Assembly (NCBI GenBank): GCA_030390025.1
Contig: CM059433.1
Location: forward strand, 25,732,001-25,796,000
DNA: 64,000 bases
Direction of reading: 5' to 3'
Source of the DNA: Squalus acanthias
Lineage: Eukaryota
Positions 51,028 to 61,323 of this stretch are shown one piece after another. How positions within the stretch are numbered: position 1 is the stretch's first letter; each line of letters starts with the position of its first letter. The notes below the pieces were generated by a model. The model was not told the origin of the DNA, made no database searches, and worked only from the letters and a program-made list of their open reading frames with translations. The position numbers and the translations under genes are program-made.

Positions 51028-54000
51028 TTTATTTACAATTCATAAATTTACAAATTTACAAGTCATGTTGAAAAATTGATCAGTTGGATGCTAAGAAGAG
51101 GAGGTGGAGAACGATCGAGGCCTGTGTGTTTAGGCTTCATTCTGATGGCGACAGCAGCAGTTCCTTAGGCAGCTGATCCACCAGGGGAGTCTCTGGGCAG
51201 GTCACACACGTTCTGACTGTTGGAGAAGTAAAGTTGCAAAGGCCGCTGCATGAGCTCGGAGCTGCTCCTGGGGGTTGTGGAAGAAGGACTCGCAATCCAT
51301 GGTGTAGGAAGTGATCCTGTTGGGGAAATCTTGAACCAACTGTCATGAAAGGTCCTTTAGGAGGTCCATGTAGTTCCCGTTGGGCTCCCCTAGATGGTTC
51401 TTGATTAATGAGGAAACCTCGGCCGATCCAATGAGGGGGACAACCAGTTGCAGTGTTGAGCTACAAGACGTGGTGACCTCCTCACTCGTTCCGTCCAGGT
51501 GCAACAACAAACGCACAAGGTTGGAATGGATCTGTCAGTAGAAGGAGGATCTGGAACCTCCAATTCCACATTTGGTCAAGTTTCCCAACATGCTGAACAG
51601 TTCAGCCCGCACTTAATCACACTCACCGTTGAAGAGTGGTTGAATGCTGGCGAGGATTTTCTTCACAAAGGGTTGGATGGCACTAGCTCTCTATTTAATG
51701 ATGTTCTTCGACAGGCACGACAGCACCTCAAATGTTAGCACTTCCTCTTGGTTCTCCTTGGCCCCCAACAGACTAAGCATTGTGCTCATCACTTGATGAG
51801 AACAGTAATGGGCTCCAATTGAAACATTGCCAAGGTGCCTGACACACAGCAACTGGGCAACTGGACAAGCATCACGCAAACACCTTAGCAGTGTGCTCAC
51901 CAGAGTGTCTGTGAGCTGCAACCGTGAAACCAGTGGAGATTTTAACAGCTCTCCAAAGAAGGAAGCCACGGTGACTGCCTGTCAGTCTTGGATGGTATGG
52001 ATCTGAGCTGCCAGCTCTTCCACAATGCCAGGCAGGCTGATGCCAGCATATTGAACATTAGTGAACCAGATGGGTGACCACCGCACAGTCATTGTGGAGA
52101 CGAAGTCCTGTCTTCACACTGAGGACACATTCCATCGTGCTGTGTGGCCTTACCACCGTGCTAAATGGGATAGATTCAGAACAGATCTAGCAGCTGAAAA
52201 CTGGGCATCCGTGAGGTGCTGTGGGCCATCAGCAGCAGTAGAATTGTATTCCATCACAATCTGTAACCTCATGGCCCGGCATATCCCTCACTCTACTATT
52301 ACCATCAAGCCAGGAGACCAACCCTGGTTCAATAAGGAGTGTAGAAGAGCATGCCAGAAGCACCACCAGGCGTACCTAAAAATGAGGAGCCAACCTGGAG
52401 AAGCTGCAACACAGGGCTACATGCATGCTAAAAAGCGGAAGCAGCATGCTGTAGACAACAATCCCACAATCACCAGATCAGATCAAAGCTCTGCAGTCCT
52501 GCCACATCCAGTCGTGAATGGTGGTGGACCATTAAAAACTAACGGGAGGAGGAGGCGCCATGAATATCCCCATCCTCAATGATGGTGGCGCCCAGCACGT
52601 GAGTGTAAAAGACAAGGCTGAAGCGTTTGCAACCATCTTCAGCCAGAAGTGCCGAGTGGATGATCCATATCAGCCTACTCCTGAGGTCCCCACCATCACA
52701 GAAGCCAGTCTTCAGCCAATTCGATTCACTCCACGTGATATCAAGAAACGGCTGAGCGCACTGGATACAGGAAAGGCTATGGGCCCCGACAACATTCCAG
52801 CTATCGTGCTAAAGACTTGTGCTCCAGAACAAGCCGTGCCTCTAGCCAAGCTGTTCCAGTACAGCTACAATACTAGCATCCAGCCGACAATGTGGAAAAC
52901 TGCCCAGGTAAGTCCTGTCCACAAAAAGATGGACAAATCCAATCCAGCCAATTATCGCCCCATCAGTCTACTCTCAATCATCAGCAAATAGATGGAAGGT
53001 GTCATCGAAAGTGCTATCAAGCAGCAATTACTCACCAATAACCTGCTCACTGATGCCCAGTTTGGGTTCCGCAAGACCACTCGGCTCCCGACCTCATTAC
53101 AGTCTTGGTCCAAACATGGACAAAGGAGCTGAATTCCAGAGGTGAGGTGAGAGTGACAACCCTTGACATCAAGGCAGCATTTGACTGAGTGTGGCATCAA
53201 GGAGCCCTAGTAAAACTGAAGTCATTGGGAATCGGGGGGGAAACTTTCCACTGGCTGAAGTCTTACCTAGCACAAAGGAAGGTGGTTGTGGTGATTGAAG
53301 GTCAATCATCACAGCCCCAGGACATTGCTGCAGGAGTTCCTCAGGGCAGTGTCCTAGGCTCAACCATCTTCAGCTGCTTCATCAATGACCTTCCCTCCAA
53401 CATAAGGTCAGAAATGGGGATGTTCGCTGATGACTGCACAATGATCAGTGCCATTCACAACTCCTCAGATAATGAAGCAGTCCAAGCCCGCATGCAACAA
53501 GACCTGGACGACACACCATCCTGACTTGGAAGTATATCGCCGATCCTTCCCAACAGCACTGTGGGAGTACCTTCACCACACGGACTGCAGCGGTTCAAGA
53601 AGGCAGCTCACCACCACCTTCTAAAGGGCAATTAGGGATGGACAATAAATACTGGCCTTGCCAGCGACACCCACATCCCATAAATGATTTTTTTTTTAAT
53701 TTGCACCATTGCTCTGCCCAGCATTTCAACCCCCTTGTCAAATATGCGGAGGTTCTTCATCTGGTCCCATCCTCCACTGTTCACCATGTAAGTAGCTACT
53801 TCTTTATTATTTGTCCAAGCTAGCGGGTCCTTTCGTGTCCTCACACGGTTCACACACACATCTCGACATTTAGGTGTTTGAAGCTCAGCTGAGAATTGTC
53901 TCTTGTTCGATTTCATCAGGAGCAAAACCATTGAGCAGAGAAACATTAACGCAAGAGTTGCAATGAATGAGCAGGGCACTGAATAACTGCGGGATTAATG

Positions 54001-54979
54001 TAATCACCGCCGTTATCGACTCGGACTTAGTTATCATCTGCCACAGCCCACAAACGGCAGCCAGGGATTCAAGGTTGAATGCTGTGGCGCTTTCTCACTG
54101 ACAGGTTCTGCTCATTGCAAATGGTAACTGCTTTTTCAGTGTGTCCAGCAGCTCTCCCATTGTACTCATGGCACATTCTGTATCCTCAACCAGTGATCTC
54201 CACATGTCACTGATGTACTTGTCCAAAGGGACAGGGTAGTTGAGGAGACAGGCACAACTGTTGCTGTGTTGTGTGAGCCAGAATGGCGATACTACACAGA
54301 GCTGAAAGTTTCACCTGCTCATAAGGAATTGACTGCAATTGAAGCCTCAGCACGTCAATGATCTCCGAGGCCTGGTCCCCAAGTTCACTGCCTCGTCTAT
54401 TAATGGTGGTTTGCATGAGAGCAGCGGCTGCATTGGAATAGCTGGGGTGTTGGTCGGACAGTCCTTTGAAGACCATGAAGTGTAAGTTGCCCAGTTGGTC
54501 ACAGGGCAATCATTTGAAAATGACCTCTGTGATTTGAGAGCATGATTGAAAGAGGACTGAAGTGTCAGGGTTAACTAACTGCTCTCTGACTCTTTTCAGT
54601 CCCTCTAACTGCTCCGTTTGCTGAACCAGATTGGTGCCTTCACACGACAAATGAATGGCCAGGATTATGTACAAAGTGTCCAGGGACATCTGTCAAACGG
54701 GAAGCGATGGGTCTGCACAACGCGGCATCAGTCATCCAATCAGAGTCCCCGTGTTAATTTCAGGCGCTACATTACTAAGATTGAGCTTCCTCCAGTAAAG
54801 TTTCAGAAGCTCTAAGGTTGTTTCCATGGCTCTCTCTCGTTCATAGTCTTTCGTTGAAATGATCCGGGCTTCTACATGATTGAAAATGGCTTCAAGTCCT
54901 TGAGGGGACAGGTCCTGAAATAATATTTGCTTCAGAAGATTTTGCAGCAAATCTGTGATTTGGGTATAAAGTGTCGCTT
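51028..54979 (-). pseudogene. MROH1: MROH1-like processed pseudogene, copy 5 (3' half; the remainder is presumably beyond the nested insertions)
   Basis: ORFs 51691..51969, 53632..53979, 54207..54509 and 54732..54995. Confidence 0.8.
52060..53700 (+). mobile_element. Truncated CR1/L2-group LINE in copy 5
   Basis: ORFs at 52061, 52560 and 53189 (GVPQGSVLG, FADD). Confidence 0.9.
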
Positions 54980-57842
54980 TGTGGCGGATCGCCACCTAAA
55001 CGGGCATTTGCCACTTTTCTGTCCGTGCACCTTGCCTTTAAGGCATGAGTGAAGGAATGGGTGGGGCCTCAGGATTTTTCCAGAGAATTCTGGGAGCAGT
55101 CTGTTCAGCCATTTTGGACCTTGCAGTTGTATTAAAAAGTCTCTGTTTTTCCACACATGGATTCAGTCTTAAGTTGTGTTTCGCGGCAGCCTCAACATTG
55201 GTGACCCCGACGCTCAGAACGTATTCCGAGCACTGCAATGGCGGACACGAACGCAGTTTCCATGAAACTGCCGGAGTTTTGGGAAAACCAGCCCGAAGCC
55301 TGGTTTCTCCAAGCTAAATCCCGCTTCCGGCTGCGAAACATCACCACAGATGGGACGCAGTACGACTACCCCGTCACATCACTCGGTAGCGCCACAGTTT
55401 CGAAGGTTTGGACAGCGCTGCAGAACCCACCAGAGGAAGGCAAGTATGCATATCTCAAGGCAGCGCTCCTTAAAAAATTTATGGCCTCGGCATATCAGCG
55501 AAACTGCCACCTCCTCGGCCTTCCAGGCCTCAGTGATGCCTCACCGTCAGACCTCCTCTCCCACATGCTCTCCCTCACCGACGAGAGCCCACCCGGATCC
55601 CTCTTCCGCACGCTGTTCATCCGCCAGGTCCCTCTCAGCATCCGCCCAGCAATCGTGGCGTCCGGCCTCACGAAGCTGGAAGGCCTGGCCGATGAGGCCG
55701 ACAAGCTGCTGTCCGCTCACTCCAGCCGCGACGTCACTCCGGACCTGGCAGCCAATGCCTGGGCGCGCCCCTCACCGGCCACCACGGGGCAACAACGCCC
55801 AGCCACCGGGCTCACGGGGCCTTCGCGCCCCACTAACCCGGGCCACTGTTACTACCACGCACGGTTCGGCGCCAGGGCACAACGGTGCACACCTCCCTAC
55901 TCTTTCAAGTCCGCCCCCGTACCAGCCCCCGCGATGGCTGTGGGCCACGCGGGCTCCCTGCTGTACTTCACGGATGACAAAACCGGCCGCCGGTTCCTGT
56001 GCGACACTGGGGCTCAGCACAGCATCATGCCGGCCTCTTCCCTTGACATCCAAAAAGGCGAACGAGGACCGGCGCTGGCCGCTGCTAATGGCTTGGAAAT
56101 CCGGACGTATGGCACCCGGACAGTCACCCTTGACCTCGCTGCTCGCCGCTACCGATGGGAGTTCATCACTGCCAAGGTGCTCTCCCCTCTCATCGGCGCA
56201 GATTTCCTGTGCGCCCACAGCCTACTGGTAGATGTCCCTCGTCACCACCTCGTGGACATGAACACCATGTCCCCCATCCTGGGCGCCATGGACACCCGTC
56301 AATCCGCCGACATGGCGTCACAGTGCCACGCCCGGGCCACGGATGACTACTCGGCACTCCTGGCCGAATTCCCGGCCCTTAACAATCCGACCTTCTCCGC
56401 GGAGGCCGCCAAACACGGGGTGGAACACTTAATCCCCACCACAGGCCCCCCAGTGTACGCCCACGCCCGCAGGCTGGACCCGGCCAAACTGGAGATCGCG
56501 CGGACCGAGTTTGCCACCATGGAACAGCTCGGCATCATCCGCCGCTCCAACAGTCCCTGGGCCTCCACATGCCACATCGCCCCCAAACCAGGAGGAGGTT
56601 GGCGCCCCTGCGGGGATTACCGCCGCCTCAACGACGCCACCACCCCTGATCGGTACCCTGTGCCGCACATTCAGCTCTTCTCGGCTAGACTGGCCGGCCG
56701 CTCAGTCTTTTCCAAGGTCGACCTGGTGCGCGGATACCACCAAGTCCCCATCCACCCCGCGGACCTCCCCAAGACGGCCGTAATCACCCCCTTCGGCCTG
56801 TTCGAGTTCCTACGGATGCCCTTCGGCCTCAAAAACGCGGCCCAGGCATTCCAACGGCTCATGGACTCGGTCCTTCGGGACCTAAAGTTCCTGTTCATCT
56901 ACCTGGACGACATCCTGGTAGCCAGTTCCTCCAAGCAGGAACACCTCGAACACCTTCGCATCCTGTTCGGATCCATCAGCGACCACGGGCTCATCCTCGG
57001 CCCAGCCAAATGCCAGTTCGGCCTGGACAAGATCGACTTCCTCGGCCACCACATCACCCATGCTGGGGCCATTCCCCTGCCCACCAAGGTGCAGGCCGTC
57101 CAAGAATTTCCCCACCCCACCACCATCAAAGGCCTCCAGGAGTTCCTTGGGATGGTGAATTTCTATAACCGCTTCATCCCCAAAGCAGCGTCCCTCATGA
57201 GGCCCCTGTATGAAGCCCTCCGGGGCAGGAGCGGCAAGATGGCGGTCGAATGGACGGCAGACGCGTCCGCCGTCTTCGACTCCACCAAGACCGCGCTCGC
57301 CAACGCCACTCTGCTCGCGCACCCACGGCCCAATGCCAGGGTAGCGCTCACCACGGACGCCTCCGACCACGCGGTCGGCGCCGTGTATGAGCAGTGGGTC
57401 GACGGCGCCTGGCAACCACTTGCCTTCTTCAGCCGCCAACTACGCCCCCCAGAGGTCAAGTACAGCACCTTCGACCGCGAGCTCCTCGCGCAGTTCCTGG
57501 CGGTCCGCCATTTTCGGTTTTTGCTTGAGGGCCACCCCTTCACTGCGTTTGTCGACCACAAGCCCCTGACATTCGCAATAGCAAAGACAACCGACCCCTG
57601 GTCCGCCAGGCAGCAGCGCCAGCTTGCGGCAGTGTTCGAGTTCACCACGGACATCCAACACGTCTCCGGCCGAGACAATGTGGTAGCCGACTGCCTCTCC
57701 CGCCCCGCCATCCACGCCGCACACCTGGCAGTCGACTACGCTCAACTCGCAGCAGACCAGATCACCGACCCTGATCTGCTCTCCGCACCTACCAACCTAC
57801 CAGGGCTACGCCTGGCCGACGTCGCCGGTGGCCCGACCGCAG
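54980..57842 (+). mobile_element. Second copy of the Gypsy element at the homologous site; 5' LTR 54980-55197; interrupted at 57843
   Basis: Same left flank aaagtgtcgctt|tgtggcgg as at 37822; PBS TGGTGACCCCGACG 55199-55212. Confidence 0.95.
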
Positions 57843-57847
57843 TGTAG
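55238..57847 (+). CDS. Gypsy Gag-PR-RT-RNase H, open for 869 codons and cut before integrase by the proviral insertion
   Basis: Continuous ORF with LCDTGA, WRPCGDYRRLN, YLDD, TTDAS and YSTFDRELLA; the stop is supplied by the inserted LTR. Confidence 0.9.
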   Translation: MADTNAVSMKLPEFWENQPEAWFLQAKSRFRLRNITTDGTQYDYPVTSLGSATVSKVWTALQNPPEEGKYAYLKAALLKKFMASAYQRNCHLLGLPGLSDASPSDLLSHMLSLTDESPPGSLFRTLFIRQVPLSIRPAIVASGLTKLEGLADEADKLLSAHSSRDVTPDLAANAWARPSPATTGQQRPATGLTGPSRPTNPGHCYYHARFGARAQRCTPPYSFKSAPVPAPAMAVGHAGSLLYFTDDKTGRRFLCDTGAQHSIMPASSLDIQKGERGPALAAANGLEIRTYGTRTVTLDLAARRYRWEFITAKVLSPLIGADFLCAHSLLVDVPRHHLVDMNTMSPILGAMDTRQSADMASQCHARATDDYSALLAEFPALNNPTFSAEAAKHGVEHLIPTTGPPVYAHARRLDPAKLEIARTEFATMEQLGIIRRSNSPWASTCHIAPKPGGGWRPCGDYRRLNDATTPDRYPVPHIQLFSARLAGRSVFSKVDLVRGYHQVPIHPADLPKTAVITPFGLFEFLRMPFGLKNAAQAFQRLMDSVLRDLKFLFIYLDDILVASSSKQEHLEHLRILFGSISDHGLILGPAKCQFGLDKIDFLGHHITHAGAIPLPTKVQAVQEFPHPTTIKGLQEFLGMVNFYNRFIPKAASLMRPLYEALRGRSGKMAVEWTADASAVFDSTKTALANATLLAHPRPNARVALTTDASDHAVGAVYEQWVDGAWQPLAFFSRQLRPPEVKYSTFDRELLAQFLAVRHFRFLLEGHPFTAFVDHKPLTFAIAKTTDPWSARQQRQLAAVFEFTTDIQHVSGRDNVVADCLSRPAIHAAHLAVDYAQLAADQITDPDLLSAPTNLPGLRLADVAGGPTAV

Positions 57848-59507
57848 AATTCGCAATATATCGCGATTTTATTCATAAGGAGAAAACACAGAGTTTCGTT
57901 CAAACAGCTTTTATTTCAGCAGAATGCTGCCAGGTTTAAAGTGGACACAAGCAGCCTGTAAAATGGCCGCCGCACCTCGTGACAGAACATTCTAGACTTT
58001 TCAACAGGCAGACAAGATGGCGTTCCAATAAACATTTGTGCAAGATCGATTAAGATTCAGCACAGTGAAGATAATACACGAGACATTATGGGTTTGCAGT
58101 ATACACATAAATACTGAAATCGGTCTCCCAGGTACGAATGAAAGCTATTGTACCGAGTAATCAAGGGCCCATCCAAAAGACATTAATATGTAAAATCCCA
58201 ACGACTCTACGATGAGAGAGCCGTTAGCAGGTAGTTATACAAAACACTTGGAAGCCCCAAAACCCCTCCAGGGAGAACACCGACCGATTTAACAATGGGA
58301 GAAATATTAACAGGTACTCAGACATTTACGAGTAGCCCCGAAACCCATTAAGAACGGAGATCACCCATACAAGACATTTGAGCACCAGACCCTAAACAAA
58401 AGAATGGACATTAAGGTTGGGCGGGAAACGGAAGATTTTGTACTATAATTACAGGCTCCAAACCGTCCATCTTTCTCTTATCCGATCGACTCTTATCATC
58501 GTGGCTGCTCCTGTGCTCTTTTTCGTAACCTCGTGGCTGCTCCTGTGTACTCGTAGTCGGGCTCCTGCTTGCCTGTTGACTCTTTGAAAAAGGACTGTTG
58601 AACTTTCTGATCCGTTCGGATCTACCTCGTGTCGCGTAACGAAGACCTATGTTGGTAACTGGCAGCGGAACCAAAGGCCCGAGATGAGATGAGATGAGAT
58701 GAGATGAGATGAGAAGAGAGGAAGACCATATTCATCGCCACGGTCAGTAAATCCCGACCGCGCCTGTAGGTCGAACAGCCAAGTTTTCCTTGCCAGGAAG
58801 ACTTCTTCGAACTTGCAAAGAACATATCACATCGATGATATTGACTGAACTGTGCTCGGAAAAGTACCTGTTAAACCAACCAACACAGGTCTTCATCACA
58901 GCAGACGGTCCAGCCTGCTAGCCGGAGCAGCAGAAGCAAGTAAACAAGTGGGACCAGGAGATCTCCTGACCGACACGTGGGAGCTGCGGTGAAAAACATC
59001 CGATCAGCTATTCGGAATTTCTCCGAGTTATCACGAGTGGTGAGCATGAGTCTCGAAATCCTACGAATCTAGTTAGGATAGATATTGATAGGGGAGGGTT
59101 TAAGGATTAAGGATATTTGGAATGTGTGCCCCTATTTACGGTGTGCCGTTCGTTCCTCGTTTCCCTAAGATCGACTATATAACTGCTTGTAAGATTGTAC
59201 TGTCATTAATCTGTGCTTATGACATGTATTTCATAATCTTAAATATCATGCAATAAAGATTTTCCATTTCGTACCATTCAAACCGAGTCTACATGAGTTT
59301 CATCTCCATTACTGCTCTCGCATCTAAGTCCAGTGTCTAGAACCGTAAGGGCGAGTGATTCGAACCACTCACAGGTGTGTCTAGGGTTCCCAGACTGGCT
59401 GGAGACCAGAACAGGCAACGAGGCCTAGACCCGCACTGACATACAGGCTGCACAGAGCCGCGTGAATCTCACAGGCTGCGAGACACGCAGGGTCAGAATC
59501 CCTTACA
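57843..59507 (+). repeat. 5' LTR (1665 bp)
   Basis: Homologous end to end with the solo LTR at 514-2137; GC box 58419-58425, TATAA 58444-58448, (GAGAT)n 58681-58713, AATAAA 59252-59257. Confidence 0.9.
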
Positions 59508-59511
59508 GAAA

Positions 59512-61323
59512 ATGGCGACCGCGGCAGGACACTGGCAGCGAGAGGGTAGTGTGTTAGACTTTGGAATGACTGTACGAAATGTTATGCAGGAAAAGATAGC
59601 AGATTATGTGTTTGGAAAGGTTAATCTAACTAAGAAATGGATAAGTCAATTGTTAGCGGATAAAAGCCCGCTAGAGGCAGCCGAAAGGTGGACAGATAGT
59701 AAAGAACATAAAAAGACACTTGAGAAAGCAGTCTGGCTTATGTGTTACAAAAGGCAGGTTCAGATTTCAAACCAGACCATTACAGCGCTAGTAGCTCGAA
59801 TCAGTCACTTAGAGGGAGAAATGGATGAGAAGGTTTCTGGAGGGGAGGTGCTCATTAAGAATTTAAATGAGTTGCACCAAGAAAGCCAGGAAATCTCCAG
59901 TCACCTTAAAACAAGGATAGATTATCTCGAGTGCCAGGTCACTGAGGCAAAGTTGAATGAGAGCAGGTTAAAGGAAAGATGTAACCGCCAAGCTGCCCAG
60001 ATAAGAACTCAAGAAGAGAGCTTAACGGGGGTTAGGGCGGCATATAAGTTGGCCCTTGAGGATAAGTTTGAGGGAGCCGACCATAGCGCCTGCCAAAGGG
60101 AGATAGAGCACCTCAAGAAGGCCGTAAACAAAGCGAACGGCATGGTGTGCCTGATCAGTCCGTCAGCACACCAGCCGTTAGTAGGTGAGAAGTTTAAGAA
60201 ATCCCCACCAAGCAAAGCAGAAGAAGTAGTAGCCACTGCGCCCTCCGCGCCACCCAGCTATTCGGAAACCTGGGTAAGGGAGGAAGCAATGGAAGAAACA
60301 AAAGAGCCCATTGAAAAGGAAGTAGGAAAGGGACCGTTGTATCCAGTAACGGGTATTAAAAGGGGCCCAAACAGAAACGGTGGGGAAGAACCGGGGGATC
60401 TCCTCGGACAGCTGGTGTTGCCTCACAGCTCACATCAGCTGAGAGCTATGATAAATCACGTACGGAAGCTGACCGAGTCAGACGACCCTTCCGTACATTT
60501 CAGAGAAGTTGAGCAAGCCGCAGCCATTAACGGCTGCGATGATGGGGAGACAGCAAAAATGCTGCTGTTCTCATTAGACAGCTCGGTTCTCCAGTGTCTC
60601 TCAGGCGAGAGCAAGAGGGGAACCAAGACTTATGAGGAATTGAGGGATGAGGTCCTGGAAGTGTTGGGGGCGAACGATGAAGGTCCGTTTGCTAGAGTGG
60701 GACAGACAGTGCAGATGGAGGGAGAACCCCCGAAGGTTTTTGCCGACAGGCTGTGGCCAGTATATGAGCGCAGCTGCCTAGGTGCGCCCGAGCGCGAAGA
60801 TGTGGAAGGCACCGCTTTAACTCATTGGCTTAGGTGCATAATAGCCAACAGTTTACCAGCCGTCAGAGAGCAGGCAAAAGCATGGTTTGATCCCAATGAC
60901 CCCAACATTACGGAAGAATCGGTCTTGAATCGACTCACGTTAGGTTATCGCAATATAAGGGGTATGGCAACACGTCCCCTTAAGGGAAGAGTACATGAGG
61001 TACGACCCGCAGCCCCGTATCAAAGAGAGTGGCATCAGGAGGGTAATCGCGCCCCACAGGCAGGTAATGCTTGTTACGGGTGTGGGAAGACAGGGCACTG
61101 GCGCAAGCATTGCAGGAACCCTTGGAAGGATTCCAAGGATAAAAATCCCGCGGTCCGAGCCCAGGCGCCTGTCCCGGCTAAGGAAGCTAAGGCACCCACC
61201 CCTCCTGACGACCTCGAAGTAGTGTTAGGAGCCATGCGCAATCTAATCTTGAGTGCACGTGGACAGGTGGCGGTCGCAACCGGCCCCGTAGGTGCCGCAG
61301 GACCGTCTAATAGTACCCCATGA
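59512..61323 (+). CDS. gag: Gag (603 aa): coiled-coil-like N-terminal region, PSAPPSY late domain, capsid-like region, CCHC knuckle
   Basis: CYGCGKTGHWRKHC at 61072-61113; PSAPPSY at 60241-60261; lies between the PBS and the protease. Confidence 0.85.
   Translation: MATAAGHWQREGSVLDFGMTVRNVMQEKIADYVFGKVNLTKKWISQLLADKSPLEAAERWTDSKEHKKTLEKAVWLMCYKRQVQISNQTITALVARISHLEGEMDEKVSGGEVLIKNLNELHQESQEISSHLKTRIDYLECQVTEAKLNESRLKERCNRQAAQIRTQEESLTGVRAAYKLALEDKFEGADHSACQREIEHLKKAVNKANGMVCLISPSAHQPLVGEKFKKSPPSKAEEVVATAPSAPPSYSETWVREEAMEETKEPIEKEVGKGPLYPVTGIKRGPNRNGGEEPGDLLGQLVLPHSSHQLRAMINHVRKLTESDDPSVHFREVEQAAAINGCDDGETAKMLLFSLDSSVLQCLSGESKRGTKTYEELRDEVLEVLGANDEGPFARVGQTVQMEGEPPKVFADRLWPVYERSCLGAPEREDVEGTALTHWLRCIIANSLPAVREQAKAWFDPNDPNITEESVLNRLTLGYRNIRGMATRPLKGRVHEVRPAAPYQREWHQEGNRAPQAGNACYGCGKTGHWRKHCRNPWKDSKDKNPAVRAQAPVPAKEAKAPTPPDDLEVVLGAMRNLILSARGQVAVATGPVGAAGPSNSTP
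59513..59530 (+). promoter_or_regulatory. Primer binding site, tRNA-Arg type
   Basis: TGGCGACCGCGGCAGGAC is the reverse complement of GTCCTGCCGCGGTCG+CCA, the 3' end of a vertebrate tRNA-Arg(TCG) as recalled; it lies 5 nt after the LTR. Confidence 0.8.

Larger units (their letters stand above)
2308..54979. repeat. Head-to-tail tandem array of an ~8.8-kb composite unit (CR1 remnant, L2, GT tract, MROH1-like pseudogene split by a LINE, L2 endonuclease fragment)
   Basis: The homologous ORF MQQQTHKVG recurs at 4789, 13132, 21776, 23399, 32168 and 51499. The uninterrupted period is 8769 bp (23399 to 32168). Confidence 0.95.

Noticed and set aside
59513..59530. tRNA gene (also at 38055 and 55199)
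   Set aside because: Only 12-18 nt complementary to tRNA 3' ends, directly after LTRs; these are primer binding sites.
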